Source of the DNA: an uncultured delta proteobacterium
GTDB taxonomy: Bacteria; Desulfobacterota; Binatia; UBA9968
DNA length: 64,000 bases
Direction of reading: 5' to 3'
Assembly (NCBI GenBank): GCA_963840855.1
Contig: CAWJBB010000021.1
Coordinates: forward strand, 1 to 64,000
This document shows positions 10,905-21,005 of this stretch, piece after piece. Below the pieces are notes generated by a model that saw only the letters and a list, made by a program, of their open reading frames with translations, ran no database searches and had not been told where the DNA came from. A program made the position numbers and the translations under genes. Position 1 is the first letter of the stretch; each line of letters begins with the position of its first letter.

Positions 10905-11270
10905 TCACGCCTTCCACCCATGCACCGACACATCAACCAGCTGCCCCACCGGATCGCGCACGCCCATTTCGGCGAAGCGCCCGTCGCGCGGTTTTTTGTC
11001 CGCGTCGCTTTTGGCGCCGGAGGCCTGCGCAGTCTTGAGCGTCTCTTCCATGTTTTCCACTTGAAAACCGAAGTGGTCGATCCCTTCCCGGCCGCCGCGC
11101 GCCGGCAGAACCGCCATGTTGATGTAGCCATCCGTCAGATATATTGCCCGCTGGCCATCTTCGCGCACGGGTCCGCGCCAGGCTTCGGTCATGCCAAATG
11201 TACTCTTATAAAACTCAGCGGTCTTCTCCTGATCTTCCACTTTAACCGCGATATGTCTGATCTTTGCCAT
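10905..11270 (-). CDS. VOC/glyoxalase family protein
   Basis: IRHIAVKV, GIDHFGFQV, RDPVG; GGAGGA RBS. Confidence 0.88.
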   Translation of the reverse strand: MAKIRHIAVKVEDQEKTAEFYKSTFGMTEAWRGPVREDGQRAIYLTDGYINMAVLPARGGREGIDHFGFQVENMEETLKTAQASGAKSDADKKPRDGRFAEMGVRDPVGQLVDVSVHGWKA

Positions 11271-11437
11271 GGTCAGTCCTCCTTATGGATTGTGCTTCAG
11301 TAATAGAGACCCGTGATTTGCCTTCTCCGTTTACTGCTCTGCGTTCCCCGTGTCAACGGCAACTTGACCAATAGCCCACACATCTGTCATACGACAAGGC
11401 AGCGGCCTGAAACCATTAAATCCAAGGAGGAGCGAGT

Positions 11438-11908
11438 ATGCCCCTGCATGTCAAGAGCGAGAATGTCGTTGCAAAGAACCGCGTACAGAGCGGTGAGGCG
11501 GGTACCGGCTCGATGGTTGTGCGCAAAGGTTACGGCAACGAGTGCAGCCTGATGATCGCGACGCGACGGCCCGGTTATCACACCAAGCCCCACCAGCATG
11601 AATCCGAGCAGATCAATTACGTGATGGATGGTGAAATCTGGTTTTTTGTCAAGGACAAAGGTTTTCTGTGCAAGAAGGGCGACTTTCAGCGCATTCCGGC
11701 CAACACCGTGCACTGGGCATTCAATCGCTCCGACGCGGACTGCACAGTTGCCGAAGCCCACGCGCCAGGCCTCATCGGCGGGCGCGCCGGAGAGAATGCC
11801 GTGGCCCTTTTCGATGACGGCGAGACTCCAGAGGTGCGCGGTCCAGGAGTCAATCAGTTCGTGCCCTACGACCAGGACAAAGCCGAAGCGAAATACTTCG
11901 GCAGATAG
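11438..11908 (+). CDS. Cupin domain protein
   Basis: PHQHESEQ and GDFQRIPANTVH motifs; AGGAGG RBS. Confidence 0.88.
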   Translation: MPLHVKSENVVAKNRVQSGEAGTGSMVVRKGYGNECSLMIATRRPGYHTKPHQHESEQINYVMDGEIWFFVKDKGFLCKKGDFQRIPANTVHWAFNRSDADCTVAEAHAPGLIGGRAGENAVALFDDGETPEVRGPGVNQFVPYDQDKAEAKYFGR

Positions 11909-11922
11909 CGTGCCTTTGAGCG

Positions 11923-12978
11923 ATGCTGGGTGCGACCCGAACAAAGATACGCCGGGTCCGGATCAACTCGAGACTGGAGACTCGGAATCCGGCGCGCTGC
12001 CGGCTAGTTCACAAGGGCTTTTTGAGTTTCACGACTGCGTGCGCGTTGTTACTCGCCCCTGTGCGCGCAAGCCCGCAGGAGTTGCGCCGCATTCATTACG
12101 GCACCACGACATCGACGGCGCACCTGCCCATCTGGGTGGCCAAGGACGCCGGCTTTTTCGCCAGGAACGGGCTCGACGTCGAACCGGTGCAAATACGTGG
12201 CGGCGCTCTGATCACCATGGGGATCATGAGCGGACAGTTGCAGTTCTCCGGCGCCGGCGCCGAATCGATAGTCGCCGCGCGCATCGAGGGCGGCGATGTC
12301 GTATTGCTGGCCTGCCCGGTGGATTCCGACCCGGTCTATTTGATCGCGCGGCCCGAAATAAAATCGCCGGCGGAGCTGAAGGGCAAAGCCACCGCGGTAA
12401 CCCGGCTTGGCTCCACCACCCACTTTTATCTGCGCGCCGCATTGCGCCACGTCGGCCTCGACCCGGAAAAGGATGTCGTCATCTTGCAGCTAGGCACCGG
12501 GACAGAGGCGGTCTCGGCGATGGAGAATGGGCGCATTGCCGTGGCGGCGCTGACAAACCGATATGCCATTCCATTGCTGCAGCGCGGCTGGCCTATGTTC
12601 GTCGATTTGAGCACCACCGACTTGGTCTATCCGTCGTCTTGCGTCGCCAGCAGCCGGGCTTTCGTCAAATCCGAGCCGAAACTGGTGGACAACTTCCTGC
12701 GCGCCTACGTCGCCGCCATGCAATTGATCAAAAAGGACGTCGCATTCGCGGAAAAATCCTTCGCCAAATGGCTCCGGGAAAAGGACCCGGTATTGACCAA
12801 GAAAACGGTCGAAGCGTACACGAAGATCTTCAAATCGCCGCCCTATGTGCCGGATAGGGGGATTGAAACAGTAATCAAAGACCTGGCGAGCCGAAGATCC
12901 ATCCCCAAAGAATTTGTTAATAGGCCTGATCTTTTTCGCGATAACGGACCGCTGGAGAGAGCCCTCGCACGACAATGA
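11923..12978 (+). CDS. ABC solute-binding protein, NMT1/SsuA-like
   Basis: LPIWVAKDAGFF, ELKGKATAVTR. The 5' end overlaps CGAGACT-type repeats, so the real start is probably later. Confidence 0.85.
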   Translation: MLGATRTKIRRVRINSRLETRNPARCRLVHKGFLSFTTACALLLAPVRASPQELRRIHYGTTTSTAHLPIWVAKDAGFFARNGLDVEPVQIRGGALITMGIMSGQLQFSGAGAESIVAARIEGGDVVLLACPVDSDPVYLIARPEIKSPAELKGKATAVTRLGSTTHFYLRAALRHVGLDPEKDVVILQLGTGTEAVSAMENGRIAVAALTNRYAIPLLQRGWPMFVDLSTTDLVYPSSCVASSRAFVKSEPKLVDNFLRAYVAAMQLIKKDVAFAEKSFAKWLREKDPVLTKKTVEAYTKIFKSPPYVPDRGIETVIKDLASRRSIPKEFVNRPDLFRDNGPLERALARQ

Positions 12979-13943
12979 TCGTCACGCGCTTGTTCGTGTT
13001 TCTAGTCGCCTCTTGCCTGTCGACGGCTTTTGCTGCGGCTGCAGAGCTGCGCCGTATTCCTTACGGCACCACGGCGTCACCGTCTCAGCTGCCGGTCTGG
13101 GTGGCGAAGGACGCCGGCTACTTTGAAAAGCACGGCCTCAACGTTGAGCCCGTGCAGATTCGCGGCGGGTCCTTGATCGCCCTCGCCATCATCACCGGCG
13201 ACTTGCCGTTTTCCGGCGTGGGCGCGGAATCTATCATCGCTGCCCGCGCCGCCGGCGGCGACGTGATTCTGCTCGCCTGTCCGGTGGACACGGACCCCGT
13301 CTATCTAATCACCCGACCAGAAATCAAATCCGCCGCCGAGCTCAAAGGCCAAGGGAGCGCGGTCACACGATACGGCTCCACGACCCATTTTTACTTGAGA
13401 GCGGCGCTCAAACACGTCGGCTTAAATCCGGACAAGGATATGACCGTGCTCCAACTTGGCGCCGGGCCCGAAATGGTCGCGGCCCTGGAAGTCGGACGCA
13501 TCGCGGCGGCTGCGCTCACCACGCGCTACGCGATTCCATTCTTGGAACGGGGCTGGCCGGTGCTGGTCGATTTGAGCACAACTGACCTGGTTTACCCTTC
13601 CTCCTGCGTCACCAGCAGCCGGGCGTTTATTCGGGCCGAGCCAAAGACAACGGAAGATTTTCTCAGAGCGTACGTCGCCGGCATTCATTTGATCAAGAAA
13701 GATCACAAGTTCGCCGAGAAATCTTTTGCCAAATGGATGAGGGAAAAGGACGCGAACATCGTCAAGAAAACCATCGCGGCGTACGCCCGCCTGTTCAAGG
13801 CGGCGCCGCATGTGCCGGATAAGGGGATCGAAAACGTGATTAAGGACCTGATCCGCGCGCGGCCCGAATTTAAAGAATACCTCGGCTGGCCGGAACCCTT
13901 CCGCGAGAACGGTCCCCTCGAAAGAGCACTGCGGCACAAGTAG
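12975..13943 (+). CDS. ABC solute-binding protein, NMT1/SsuA-like (tandem paralog of previous gene)
   Basis: ATGA overlap with the previous gene; long identical stretches such as VEPVQIRGG and VDLSTTDLVYPSSCV. Confidence 0.9.
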   Translation: MIVTRLFVFLVASCLSTAFAAAAELRRIPYGTTASPSQLPVWVAKDAGYFEKHGLNVEPVQIRGGSLIALAIITGDLPFSGVGAESIIAARAAGGDVILLACPVDTDPVYLITRPEIKSAAELKGQGSAVTRYGSTTHFYLRAALKHVGLNPDKDMTVLQLGAGPEMVAALEVGRIAAAALTTRYAIPFLERGWPVLVDLSTTDLVYPSSCVTSSRAFIRAEPKTTEDFLRAYVAGIHLIKKDHKFAEKSFAKWMREKDANIVKKTIAAYARLFKAAPHVPDKGIENVIKDLIRARPEFKEYLGWPEPFRENGPLERALRHK

Positions 13944-13955
13944 ACTCTCCCGCCC

Positions 13956-14324
13956 TCACTTCATTTCCAAGAATTCCAACCTGACTCCCTCCGGCCCTTC
14001 GAAAAAGCAAACATGACGTCCGTCGGGCAGCACGCGCTCTTCGAGAATCTTCACGCCGGCGGCCTTGATCTTCGCCACTTCGCCGTTGAAATCCTCGGCG
14101 TCGATGGCGACATGCTCCAGGCCATAGAACTGCCCTAACTTCTGCTCTTCCAAAAAGTCCGTCACGTTGAGCTCGACGCCATGAAGATTGACCCGAAAAC
14201 TCTTGCGCCCGTTGGCCGCAGTATTTTCGCGGAGAACTTTAGCGCCGCAGTATTTGACGTAGAAGTCCACGGTTTTTTGCGTATCCGGCGATTTGAGATG
14301 CAAATGGTTTATCCTGAAACTCAT
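13956..14324 (-). CDS. VOC family protein
   Basis: INHLHL, GLEHVAI, FFEGPEGVRLE; AAGGAG RBS before MSFRIN. Confidence 0.85.
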   Translation of the reverse strand: MSFRINHLHLKSPDTQKTVDFYVKYCGAKVLRENTAANGRKSFRVNLHGVELNVTDFLEEQKLGQFYGLEHVAIDAEDFNGEVAKIKAAGVKILEERVLPDGRHVCFFEGPEGVRLEFLEMK

Positions 14325-14476
14325 GGTATGCTCCTTTCGGCCACGGCAAATTTGCCCCCAGTAGTACTGCCGGGCGGTGCCACAATGCAACAGCTAGAGG
14401 ATCGACGTTGGCAAATTAACCGGCTAGAGGATCGCGTTCCCAGGTTGGAGTAATACCCGGAACCCGAGAATCAAAA

Positions 14477-15289
14477 TTATGAACGGGTTGGCGTCCCCCA
14501 AGCCTTCAGAATCACGTTAGCGATATTTTTCCCGCGAATCTCGACCAGCATGCGCCCTGTTTCCGCGCTTCCCGCCTGCGGCCAGCCAAAATAGCCGCGG
14601 CCGCCGGATAAACTGCCGTAGTCTTTGGTCTCGTTGCGGAACGCTTCGACGTCGTAATCGAAGTTGGGGCTGAGCTGTCCGAGAATTTCTTTCTTTACCA
14701 GTTGTGGAAAACTATGGAGCGCCACTGCTGTTTCCGACTCACCTCCATGGCCTTCGCGGTCAGGTTGTGGACTGCGATAAAGCTGCCTCACTCCATCGCG
14801 GTGGCAAGCGGCCGTGATCTGCGGGTCGATACTAAATCCGACGCACAGAACCCGCGCAGTTTTTTCGTTAACAAGTATCTGGCGGGCATCGTCAAGAGCC
14901 TTCATGTGGTGCAGATCGCGGTGGCCGTTGAGAACAACCAGCCGATTCAGACCATGCTTCGCCAAGGAGCGGCCGATTTCTACAATCATCGAGGATAGTG
15001 TTTCCGGCTCGAGGGAAAGCGTGCCGGGAAAGTCAATGGCGGCGCGCGCCACACCGTAATTTATCGTGGGCGCGACCACAACTTGGTAGCCCTGTTCTTC
15101 CAAATGCGGCGCCGCCGACGCGGCGTATGCTTCGGCGGCGAAAGAATCCATCCCAAGGGGCAGGTGCGCGCCATGCTCCTCGACGACACCCACCGGGAGA
15201 ATCGTCAACGCTTTGCCGGATCGCGCGACCTGCGCGACTTCCGGAAACGCCATTTTGGCAAGCTCAAGCATCTGGTACCTCGGAATCAT
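14477..15289 (-). CDS. Creatininase family protein
   Basis: LPVGVVEEHGAHLPLGMD, NGHR, HGGESET. Confidence 0.9.
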   Translation of the reverse strand: MIPRYQMLELAKMAFPEVAQVARSGKALTILPVGVVEEHGAHLPLGMDSFAAEAYAASAAPHLEEQGYQVVVAPTINYGVARAAIDFPGTLSLEPETLSSMIVEIGRSLAKHGLNRLVVLNGHRDLHHMKALDDARQILVNEKTARVLCVGFSIDPQITAACHRDGVRQLYRSPQPDREGHGGESETAVALHSFPQLVKKEILGQLSPNFDYDVEAFRNETKDYGSLSGGRGYFGWPQAGSAETGRMLVEIRGKNIANVILKAWGTPTRS

Positions 15290-15460
15290 AGTTGGAGTAG
15301 TGAAGTGTTGGAGTCCTCTTCGTTGGTGACTCGGTTTTTATCTCCAATGCTTGGCCGCTGTCAACGCAGCCTGCCCACCCGTGACTTGACACCTCGGAGA
15401 AAGTAGTTCAACTGATAAAGAATTTGCATCGAGCGAAACTCATGCCGGAATGAATGCAAC

Positions 15461-17017
15461 GTGAATCCTTCGATAGCCTCGTCTTCCGCCGATACCGCCA
15501 AGCGCAATCTCGCGGTCACCGGCGTGATGCTGGTGATTTTCCTCTTCGCCATCGACGCCACCATCGTGAGCACGGCCATGCCGACGATCGTCGGCAAACT
15601 TGGCGGCCTGGAGCTTTATAGCTGGGTCTTTTCCATCTACATGCTCACGTCGGCGCTAACGACCCCACTCTTCGGCAAGCTCTCCGATCTCTACAACCGG
15701 CGGCGACTGATGCTGATCGGGATCGGCATCTTTGTCGTTGGTTCGATGCTCTGCGGCGCCGCACAGAGCATGGAAGCGCTCGTCATCTTTCGCGCCATTC
15801 AGGGTCTCGGCGGTGGCGCCATCTACGCGTTGTCGTTCATCGTCGTCGGCATTCTTTTTCCGCCGGAGATGCGCGCGAAGATGCAGGGCATCATCAGCGG
15901 CATCTGGGGCGTTGCGTCGATTCTCGGCCCCCTCGCGGGTGGTCTCATCGCCGAGAACTGGAACTGGCGCTGGGCGTTTTTCGTCAACTTGCCAATCACC
16001 GCGGTCGCCACTGGTTTAATCGTCATCGGCCTCAAGGAAGAAAACACCGAGCGCCGATCGCACAAGCTCGATCTTGCGGGGACCCTCACGCTTCTATCGG
16101 CTCTCATGCTGCTATTCTACGCGCTTTCGCACAGCGCCCACGCCAAGCAACCCCTCAACGCCGAATTGATTGGAATGATTCTCCTCTCCGCCGTTCTACT
16201 CGTCGTTTTCTTTTTCATCGAGCGCAAGGCCGGGGAGCCAATCGTTCCACTCGATTTATTCCGTCTGCGAATGTTTAAAACCTCCGCGGCCGTCGCCACC
16301 CTCGCGCCGATGGGAGTCTTTGGCGCCATCACCTACATACCTTTGTATCTTCAGGGCGTTCTCGGAAGCAGTGCCTCGGGCGCCGGCATGGTGCTGCTTT
16401 GCCTCAGCATGGCATGGACCGCCGGAAGCCTGCTTGCCGCTCCAGGGATGAATCGCTACGGGTACCGATCCGCCAGCGCGGCAGGGATGATTTTATTAGC
16501 GCTCGGCTACAGCATCTTTGTCTTCATGTACTCCAACGCCGGCACGCTTTTAGTCGTCGTCAGCGGCGTATTGATCGGTATCGGCATGGGCCTGGCGAAC
16601 CTGACGACACTGGTGGCCGTGCAGAACGCGGTCTGGCCTCAGAAAATCGGCGTAGCAACATCAACGATCATGCTCCTTCGCACTTTCGGCGGCGCGTTCA
16701 TCGTCAGCCTGATGGGAACGGTTTTACTCAATCACATGCAACTGGGGTTGAGCCAACTGGGTGGCTCAACCACGGGCGCGCTTTCGGCGACCCTGCGCGA
16801 CAAGCTCGCGCATCCGCAGAACCTTCTCGATCCGGCAACTCGCGCGCAGATTCCCGCTGAGTTGCTGCCCAAATTGGTTGCAGTGCTGGCGGATTCTATC
16901 TGGTACGCTTTCCTAACCGTATTCGCGTTGATGCTCCTCGGCATTGTGTTGAGTTTTTTGATGCCCAACTACACGCCGGCGACCACGCCGAAGCCCGCGG
17001 GAAAGTCCAGGGTCTAG
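15461..17017 (+). CDS. MFS drug:H+ antiporter (DHA2, 14 TM)
   Basis: DATIVSTAMPTI, GKLSDLYNRR, WRWAFFVNLP. Confidence 0.92.
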   Translation: MNPSIASSSADTAKRNLAVTGVMLVIFLFAIDATIVSTAMPTIVGKLGGLELYSWVFSIYMLTSALTTPLFGKLSDLYNRRRLMLIGIGIFVVGSMLCGAAQSMEALVIFRAIQGLGGGAIYALSFIVVGILFPPEMRAKMQGIISGIWGVASILGPLAGGLIAENWNWRWAFFVNLPITAVATGLIVIGLKEENTERRSHKLDLAGTLTLLSALMLLFYALSHSAHAKQPLNAELIGMILLSAVLLVVFFFIERKAGEPIVPLDLFRLRMFKTSAAVATLAPMGVFGAITYIPLYLQGVLGSSASGAGMVLLCLSMAWTAGSLLAAPGMNRYGYRSASAAGMILLALGYSIFVFMYSNAGTLLVVVSGVLIGIGMGLANLTTLVAVQNAVWPQKIGVATSTIMLLRTFGGAFIVSLMGTVLLNHMQLGLSQLGGSTTGALSATLRDKLAHPQNLLDPATRAQIPAELLPKLVAVLADSIWYAFLTVFALMLLGIVLSFLMPNYTPATTPKPAGKSRV

Positions 17018-17075
17018 GGTGTTGCGTCTTCGGTTGACCCGAGACACAAGACTCGAGACGTGAAACCGGAAACGC
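17006..17075. repeat. GTCTCGG/CGAGACT-type heptamer hairpin
   Basis: GTCCAGG-GTCTAGG ... CCGAGAC-ACAAGAC-TCGAGAC. Related copies at 11953-11990, 20955-21012 and 36737-36818. Confidence 0.65.
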
Positions 17076-17301
17076 GCGGTTCACACCGGTCGCCCGCTGC
17101 CTGTACAGAACTATCGTTCCGGATGACAATTCACCCTGCTTGTCGTTTTGAGCAGAGGAGAAATTTTCTGGCTTTCCGAATACGGCGGTGACTTCTAATT
17201 GTACCACTACCAGAAGCCTTTATTATTGACTTTTCACCTTTTGTCGCACTATAAAAAGCCGCCTGCACCCCGTTCATTTTCTTAAACGGAAGGAGCCCCC
17301 T

Positions 17302-17766
17302 ATGGCGCAAATATCCCTTAAAGTAAATGGCAAGGCCCAGGTCATTGACGCCGAAGCGGACATGCCGCTGCTCTATGCCCTGCGCAATGACTTGCAACTG
17401 AACGGCCCCAAGTTCGGCTGCGGTCTGGCGCAATGCGGCGCCTGCACCGTCATCATGGACGGCAACGCCATCCGTTCTTGCGTCACGCCGCTGTCGACCG
17501 CCCAGAATAAGTCCGTCACTACCCTCGAAGGCTTGGGTTCGACTAAAAAGATGCACAGGATTCAGCAGGCCTTTGTTGACGAACAGGCGGTGCAATGCGG
17601 GTATTGCATCAATGGCATGATCATGACGACGAAAGCATTCCTCGATAAGAATCCGAAACCCACCGACCGCCAGATCAAAGAAGCCCTGGCGGGCAACCTG
17701 TGCCGCTGCGGCACGCACGTGCGTATATTGCGCGCCGTCAAACGGGCATCAGGGCAGACGGTTTGA
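17302..17766 (+). CDS. 2Fe-2S subunit of a molybdenum hydroxylase (IorA/CoxS-like)
   Basis: KFGCGLAQCGACTV, QCGYC, NLCRCG. Confidence 0.95.
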   Translation: MAQISLKVNGKAQVIDAEADMPLLYALRNDLQLNGPKFGCGLAQCGACTVIMDGNAIRSCVTPLSTAQNKSVTTLEGLGSTKKMHRIQQAFVDEQAVQCGYCINGMIMTTKAFLDKNPKPTDRQIKEALAGNLCRCGTHVRILRAVKRASGQTV

Positions 17767-17782
17767 GGGAGGAGGCACGACC

Positions 17783-20053
17783 ATGAAAACATCATCCATC
17801 ACCCGCAGACAGTTTCTCAAATCCACCGGCGCGCTCATCGTCAGCTTCAACTTTTTTCCGCCCGCCGGAAAAGTGTTCGCTCAATTTGCCACCCTCCCTT
17901 CCGGCGACATCGACCCGACGTCCCTCGACTCCTGGCTCGCCATCACCCCGGATGGCCTGGTCACCTTCTACACGAGCAAAGTCGAGATTGGCACCGGCAC
18001 CATCACCGCGCTGGCTCAGATCGTCGCCGAAGAACTCGACGTCCCGGTGGCGCGCATCAAGATGGACTCCGGCGACACTTCGCGCACCATCGAACAGGGC
18101 TCCACGGTGGGCAGCCGGAGCATCGAACGCGCCGGCCCGCAGGTCCGGCAAGCGGCCGCTGCGGCGCGCCAGGAGTTGCTGAAACTCGCCGCCGCGCAAC
18201 TGGGTGTCCCTGACGCAAGACTTACCGTCGCAGACGGTGTCATCAGCGTCATGGGCGATGCGGCGAAAAAGATTACCTATGGCCAATTGATCGGCGGCAA
18301 ACGGTTTAATACTAAGATTACCGCCAGCGGCACCGGCTGGGAAATGAAAGTCGCGCCGGAGGTCAAGGCCAAAGATGCGAAGACTTACAAGATCGTCGGC
18401 CAGCCGGTTAAACGTTTCGAGATCCCGGCAAAAGTTACCGGAGAGCACAATTACATTCATGACGTGCGCATCCCCGGCATGCTCCACGGCAGAGTCGTCC
18501 GACCGCCGGTGATCAACACCGAGCCAGTAAGCATCGATCGAGATTCGATCCAGGGTATTCCCGGCGTCGTCATGATCATGCGTGAAGGGAATTTCGTCGG
18601 TGTGATAGCGCAGACCGAGTGGGCGGCGATTAAAGCGGCCCGGGCGCTAAAAGTTACCTGGGCGAAACCCACCAGCAAAGTGCCCGCTACGCCGGATGAA
18701 GTATTCGCCTATCTGAGAAATACCAAGCCGGCGCGCTCGCTCAAACCAGTGGACAAAGGCAACGTCGCTGCGGGCCTAACCCAAGGGAAGAAAACATATC
18801 AGGCGAGCTATCGCTGGCCATTTCAATCTCACGGCATGCTTGGGCCGTCCTGTTCCATTGCCGAAGTAAAAGGCGACAAAGCCACCATCTGGTCCGGGCC
18901 TCAGGGACCGTTCAGAACGCGCGGTACAGTGGCGGCGATCCTTGGCCTGAAAGAACAGAACGTGCGTATTGTTTATCTCGAGGCGTCGGGCTCCTATGGG
19001 CGCATGAGCACCGACGACGGCGCCGAAGACGCCGCCCTGATGTCGCGCGCGGTGGGCGCGCCGGTGCGCGTCCAATGGTCGCGCCAGGACGAACATGGCT
19101 GGGCGCCAAAAGGGCCCGCTCAAGTGGACGAAGTCAAAGCGGCCGTCGACGGCGACGGCAAACTGATTGCCTGGGATTTCGCCGACTACAGCCAGCCCTG
19201 GACCGCCTCGGGCTCGACGCCACTCCTGGCGTCTTTGCAAGTCGGCCTCAAGCCCAACAATCCCGGCGGGTCCAATGGCACCCAGAGCGGCGGTGAGTTT
19301 TACGCCATCGCCAACCAGTTGATTGTTTGCAACCATATCAATTGGCACTTCCCCGAACCGATTCCGCTGCGCACGAGCAATCTGCGCGCGCCGGGCGACA
19401 TTGCGCGTTGCTTTGCAAGCGAAGGCTTTGTGGATGAAATCGCCGCAGATCTGAAAGTTGACCCGGTCGATTTCCGCATGCGGCACCTCACCGCCAATAA
19501 ACGTGGCGCCGAATGCTTGAAGGCGGCGGTCGATAAGGCCGGTTGGCAAAAACGGCCATCTCCTGCTCCAGCCTCCAGCGGCAACATCGCCAGAGGGCGA
19601 GGTGTGGCGATGACGCAGCGCGCCAACACCTATGTAGCAATAGTCGCGGAAGTGGAGGTCGACAAGTCCTCTGGCCAAGTGGCCGTGAAGCGCATCGTCT
19701 GCTCCCACGACTGCGGCCTGATGATCAATCCCGACGGCGTCATGAATCAAGTGGAAGGCAACGTTATCCAAGGTGTGAGCCGGGCGATGTACGAAGAGGT
19801 CAAGTTTGACGCCAACGGCAGCGTGACTAGCCTCGATTGGGCGTCTTATCCGATTCTGAAGTTCCCGGATCTTCCGGACTTGGATGTGGTGCTCATCAAC
19901 CGGCCGGAGTTGGCACCGCTCGGCGCCGGCGAAGGGGCGACGATTCCCCCCGCCGCAGCCATCGCCAACGCCATCTACGATGCCGTAGGCGTGAGGTTGA
20001 GAGAAGGCCCGTTCACGCCGAATAGAGTGCTGGCGGGAATGAAGAAAGCGTGA
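17783..20053 (+). CDS. Xanthine dehydrogenase family molybdopterin subunit (IorB-like), Tat signal
   Basis: TRRQFLK, VEIGTG, IPGMLHGRVVRPP, DCGLMINPDG, GAGE. Confidence 0.92.
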   Translation: MKTSSITRRQFLKSTGALIVSFNFFPPAGKVFAQFATLPSGDIDPTSLDSWLAITPDGLVTFYTSKVEIGTGTITALAQIVAEELDVPVARIKMDSGDTSRTIEQGSTVGSRSIERAGPQVRQAAAAARQELLKLAAAQLGVPDARLTVADGVISVMGDAAKKITYGQLIGGKRFNTKITASGTGWEMKVAPEVKAKDAKTYKIVGQPVKRFEIPAKVTGEHNYIHDVRIPGMLHGRVVRPPVINTEPVSIDRDSIQGIPGVVMIMREGNFVGVIAQTEWAAIKAARALKVTWAKPTSKVPATPDEVFAYLRNTKPARSLKPVDKGNVAAGLTQGKKTYQASYRWPFQSHGMLGPSCSIAEVKGDKATIWSGPQGPFRTRGTVAAILGLKEQNVRIVYLEASGSYGRMSTDDGAEDAALMSRAVGAPVRVQWSRQDEHGWAPKGPAQVDEVKAAVDGDGKLIAWDFADYSQPWTASGSTPLLASLQVGLKPNNPGGSNGTQSGGEFYAIANQLIVCNHINWHFPEPIPLRTSNLRAPGDIARCFASEGFVDEIAADLKVDPVDFRMRHLTANKRGAECLKAAVDKAGWQKRPSPAPASSGNIARGRGVAMTQRANTYVAIVAEVEVDKSSGQVAVKRIVCSHDCGLMINPDGVMNQVEGNVIQGVSRAMYEEVKFDANGSVTSLDWASYPILKFPDLPDLDVVLINRPELAPLGAGEGATIPPAAAIANAIYDAVGVRLREGPFTPNRVLAGMKKA

Positions 20054-20068
20054 TCGTGGACTGTCAAA

Positions 20069-20105
20069 AGTTTCTGGTTTCTAGTTCCTAGTCTCTAGTT
20101 TTTAG
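20069..20105. repeat. GTTTCTA-type heptamer tandem array
   Basis: GTTTCTG-GTTTCTA-GTTCCTA-GTCTCTA-GTTTTTA, single arm only. Confidence 0.75.
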
Positions 20106-20183
20106 CAAGCCAGTGAACCGGGGATTGGCTACTTTTTCGTCTTGTGAAAAAGTTGCCTGTCCCCTTTTTCATTCGACAAGACG

Positions 20184-20947
20184 ATGAAACTCAGCGGCAA
20201 GGTAGCCTGCGTTACGGGCTCCGCGCGAGGGATCGGTTGTGAGATTGCGCAGGCCTACGCGCAGGAGGGGGCCAAGATTGTTCTCTGCGATCTCCAGCAG
20301 GCCGACGTGGACCGCGCGCTTGCGCAGTTGAGTTGCCGGCCGAAAACATGCTAGGCCTGCGCGCCGACGTTACCGCTGAGGACGACGTGGTAAGTTTATT
20401 TCGCGCCATCAAAGAAAATTTCGGCAAGCTGGATGTCCTGGTTAATAACGCCGGTTTTGCCTGGCCGCGTGAAGGTCCCATCGACCTGGAAGTTGCCGAG
20501 ACGCCGCTGGCAGTTTGGCACAAGGTGCTTGAGGCCAATCTCACGGGAACTTTTCTATGCAGCCGCGAGGCATTGAAAATCATGCGCGCCCAAGGATTCG
20601 GCGCGATCATTAACATTTCTTCGCCGCAGGGCAAACAAGGAAAATTGCTGCGCGGCCCGTACTCGGCCGCCAAGTTCGGCGTCGAGGGACTTACTCAGGT
20701 CATGGCTCTGGAGAACAGCGCGCGCAACATCAAGATAAACGCCCTTGACCCGGGAGGCATCGTCGCCACCGAGGCGATTAGAAACATCCCTGGCAATAAG
20801 GGAAAGAGAATGCTCAGCCCGCAAGTGGTAAGGCCTTGCGCTGTCTATCTCGCATCAGAGGAATCCGCCGGCGTAACCGGCAATTCGATTGTAGCAACCG
20901 ATTGGAACACACAGCAGAGTATTGAAGTCCCCTATATGATTGCTTAG
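20184..20947 (+). CDS. SDR oxidoreductase (frameshift near 20330)
   Basis: MKLSGKVACVTGSARGIG in one frame; LVNNAG and YSAAK in the next. Confidence 0.85.
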
Positions 20948-21005
20948 CAAGGCTGTGTCTGCGGTCTCGGGTCTCGCGTTAACACCAGACTCCAGACTCA
21001 GGACT

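Noticed and set aside
11628-12857. Long alternative-frame and antisense ORFs (also 7083-8060, 18776-19771, 32648-33589)
   Set aside because: They overlap well-supported genes, have no motifs and are expected shadows in GC-rich DNA.
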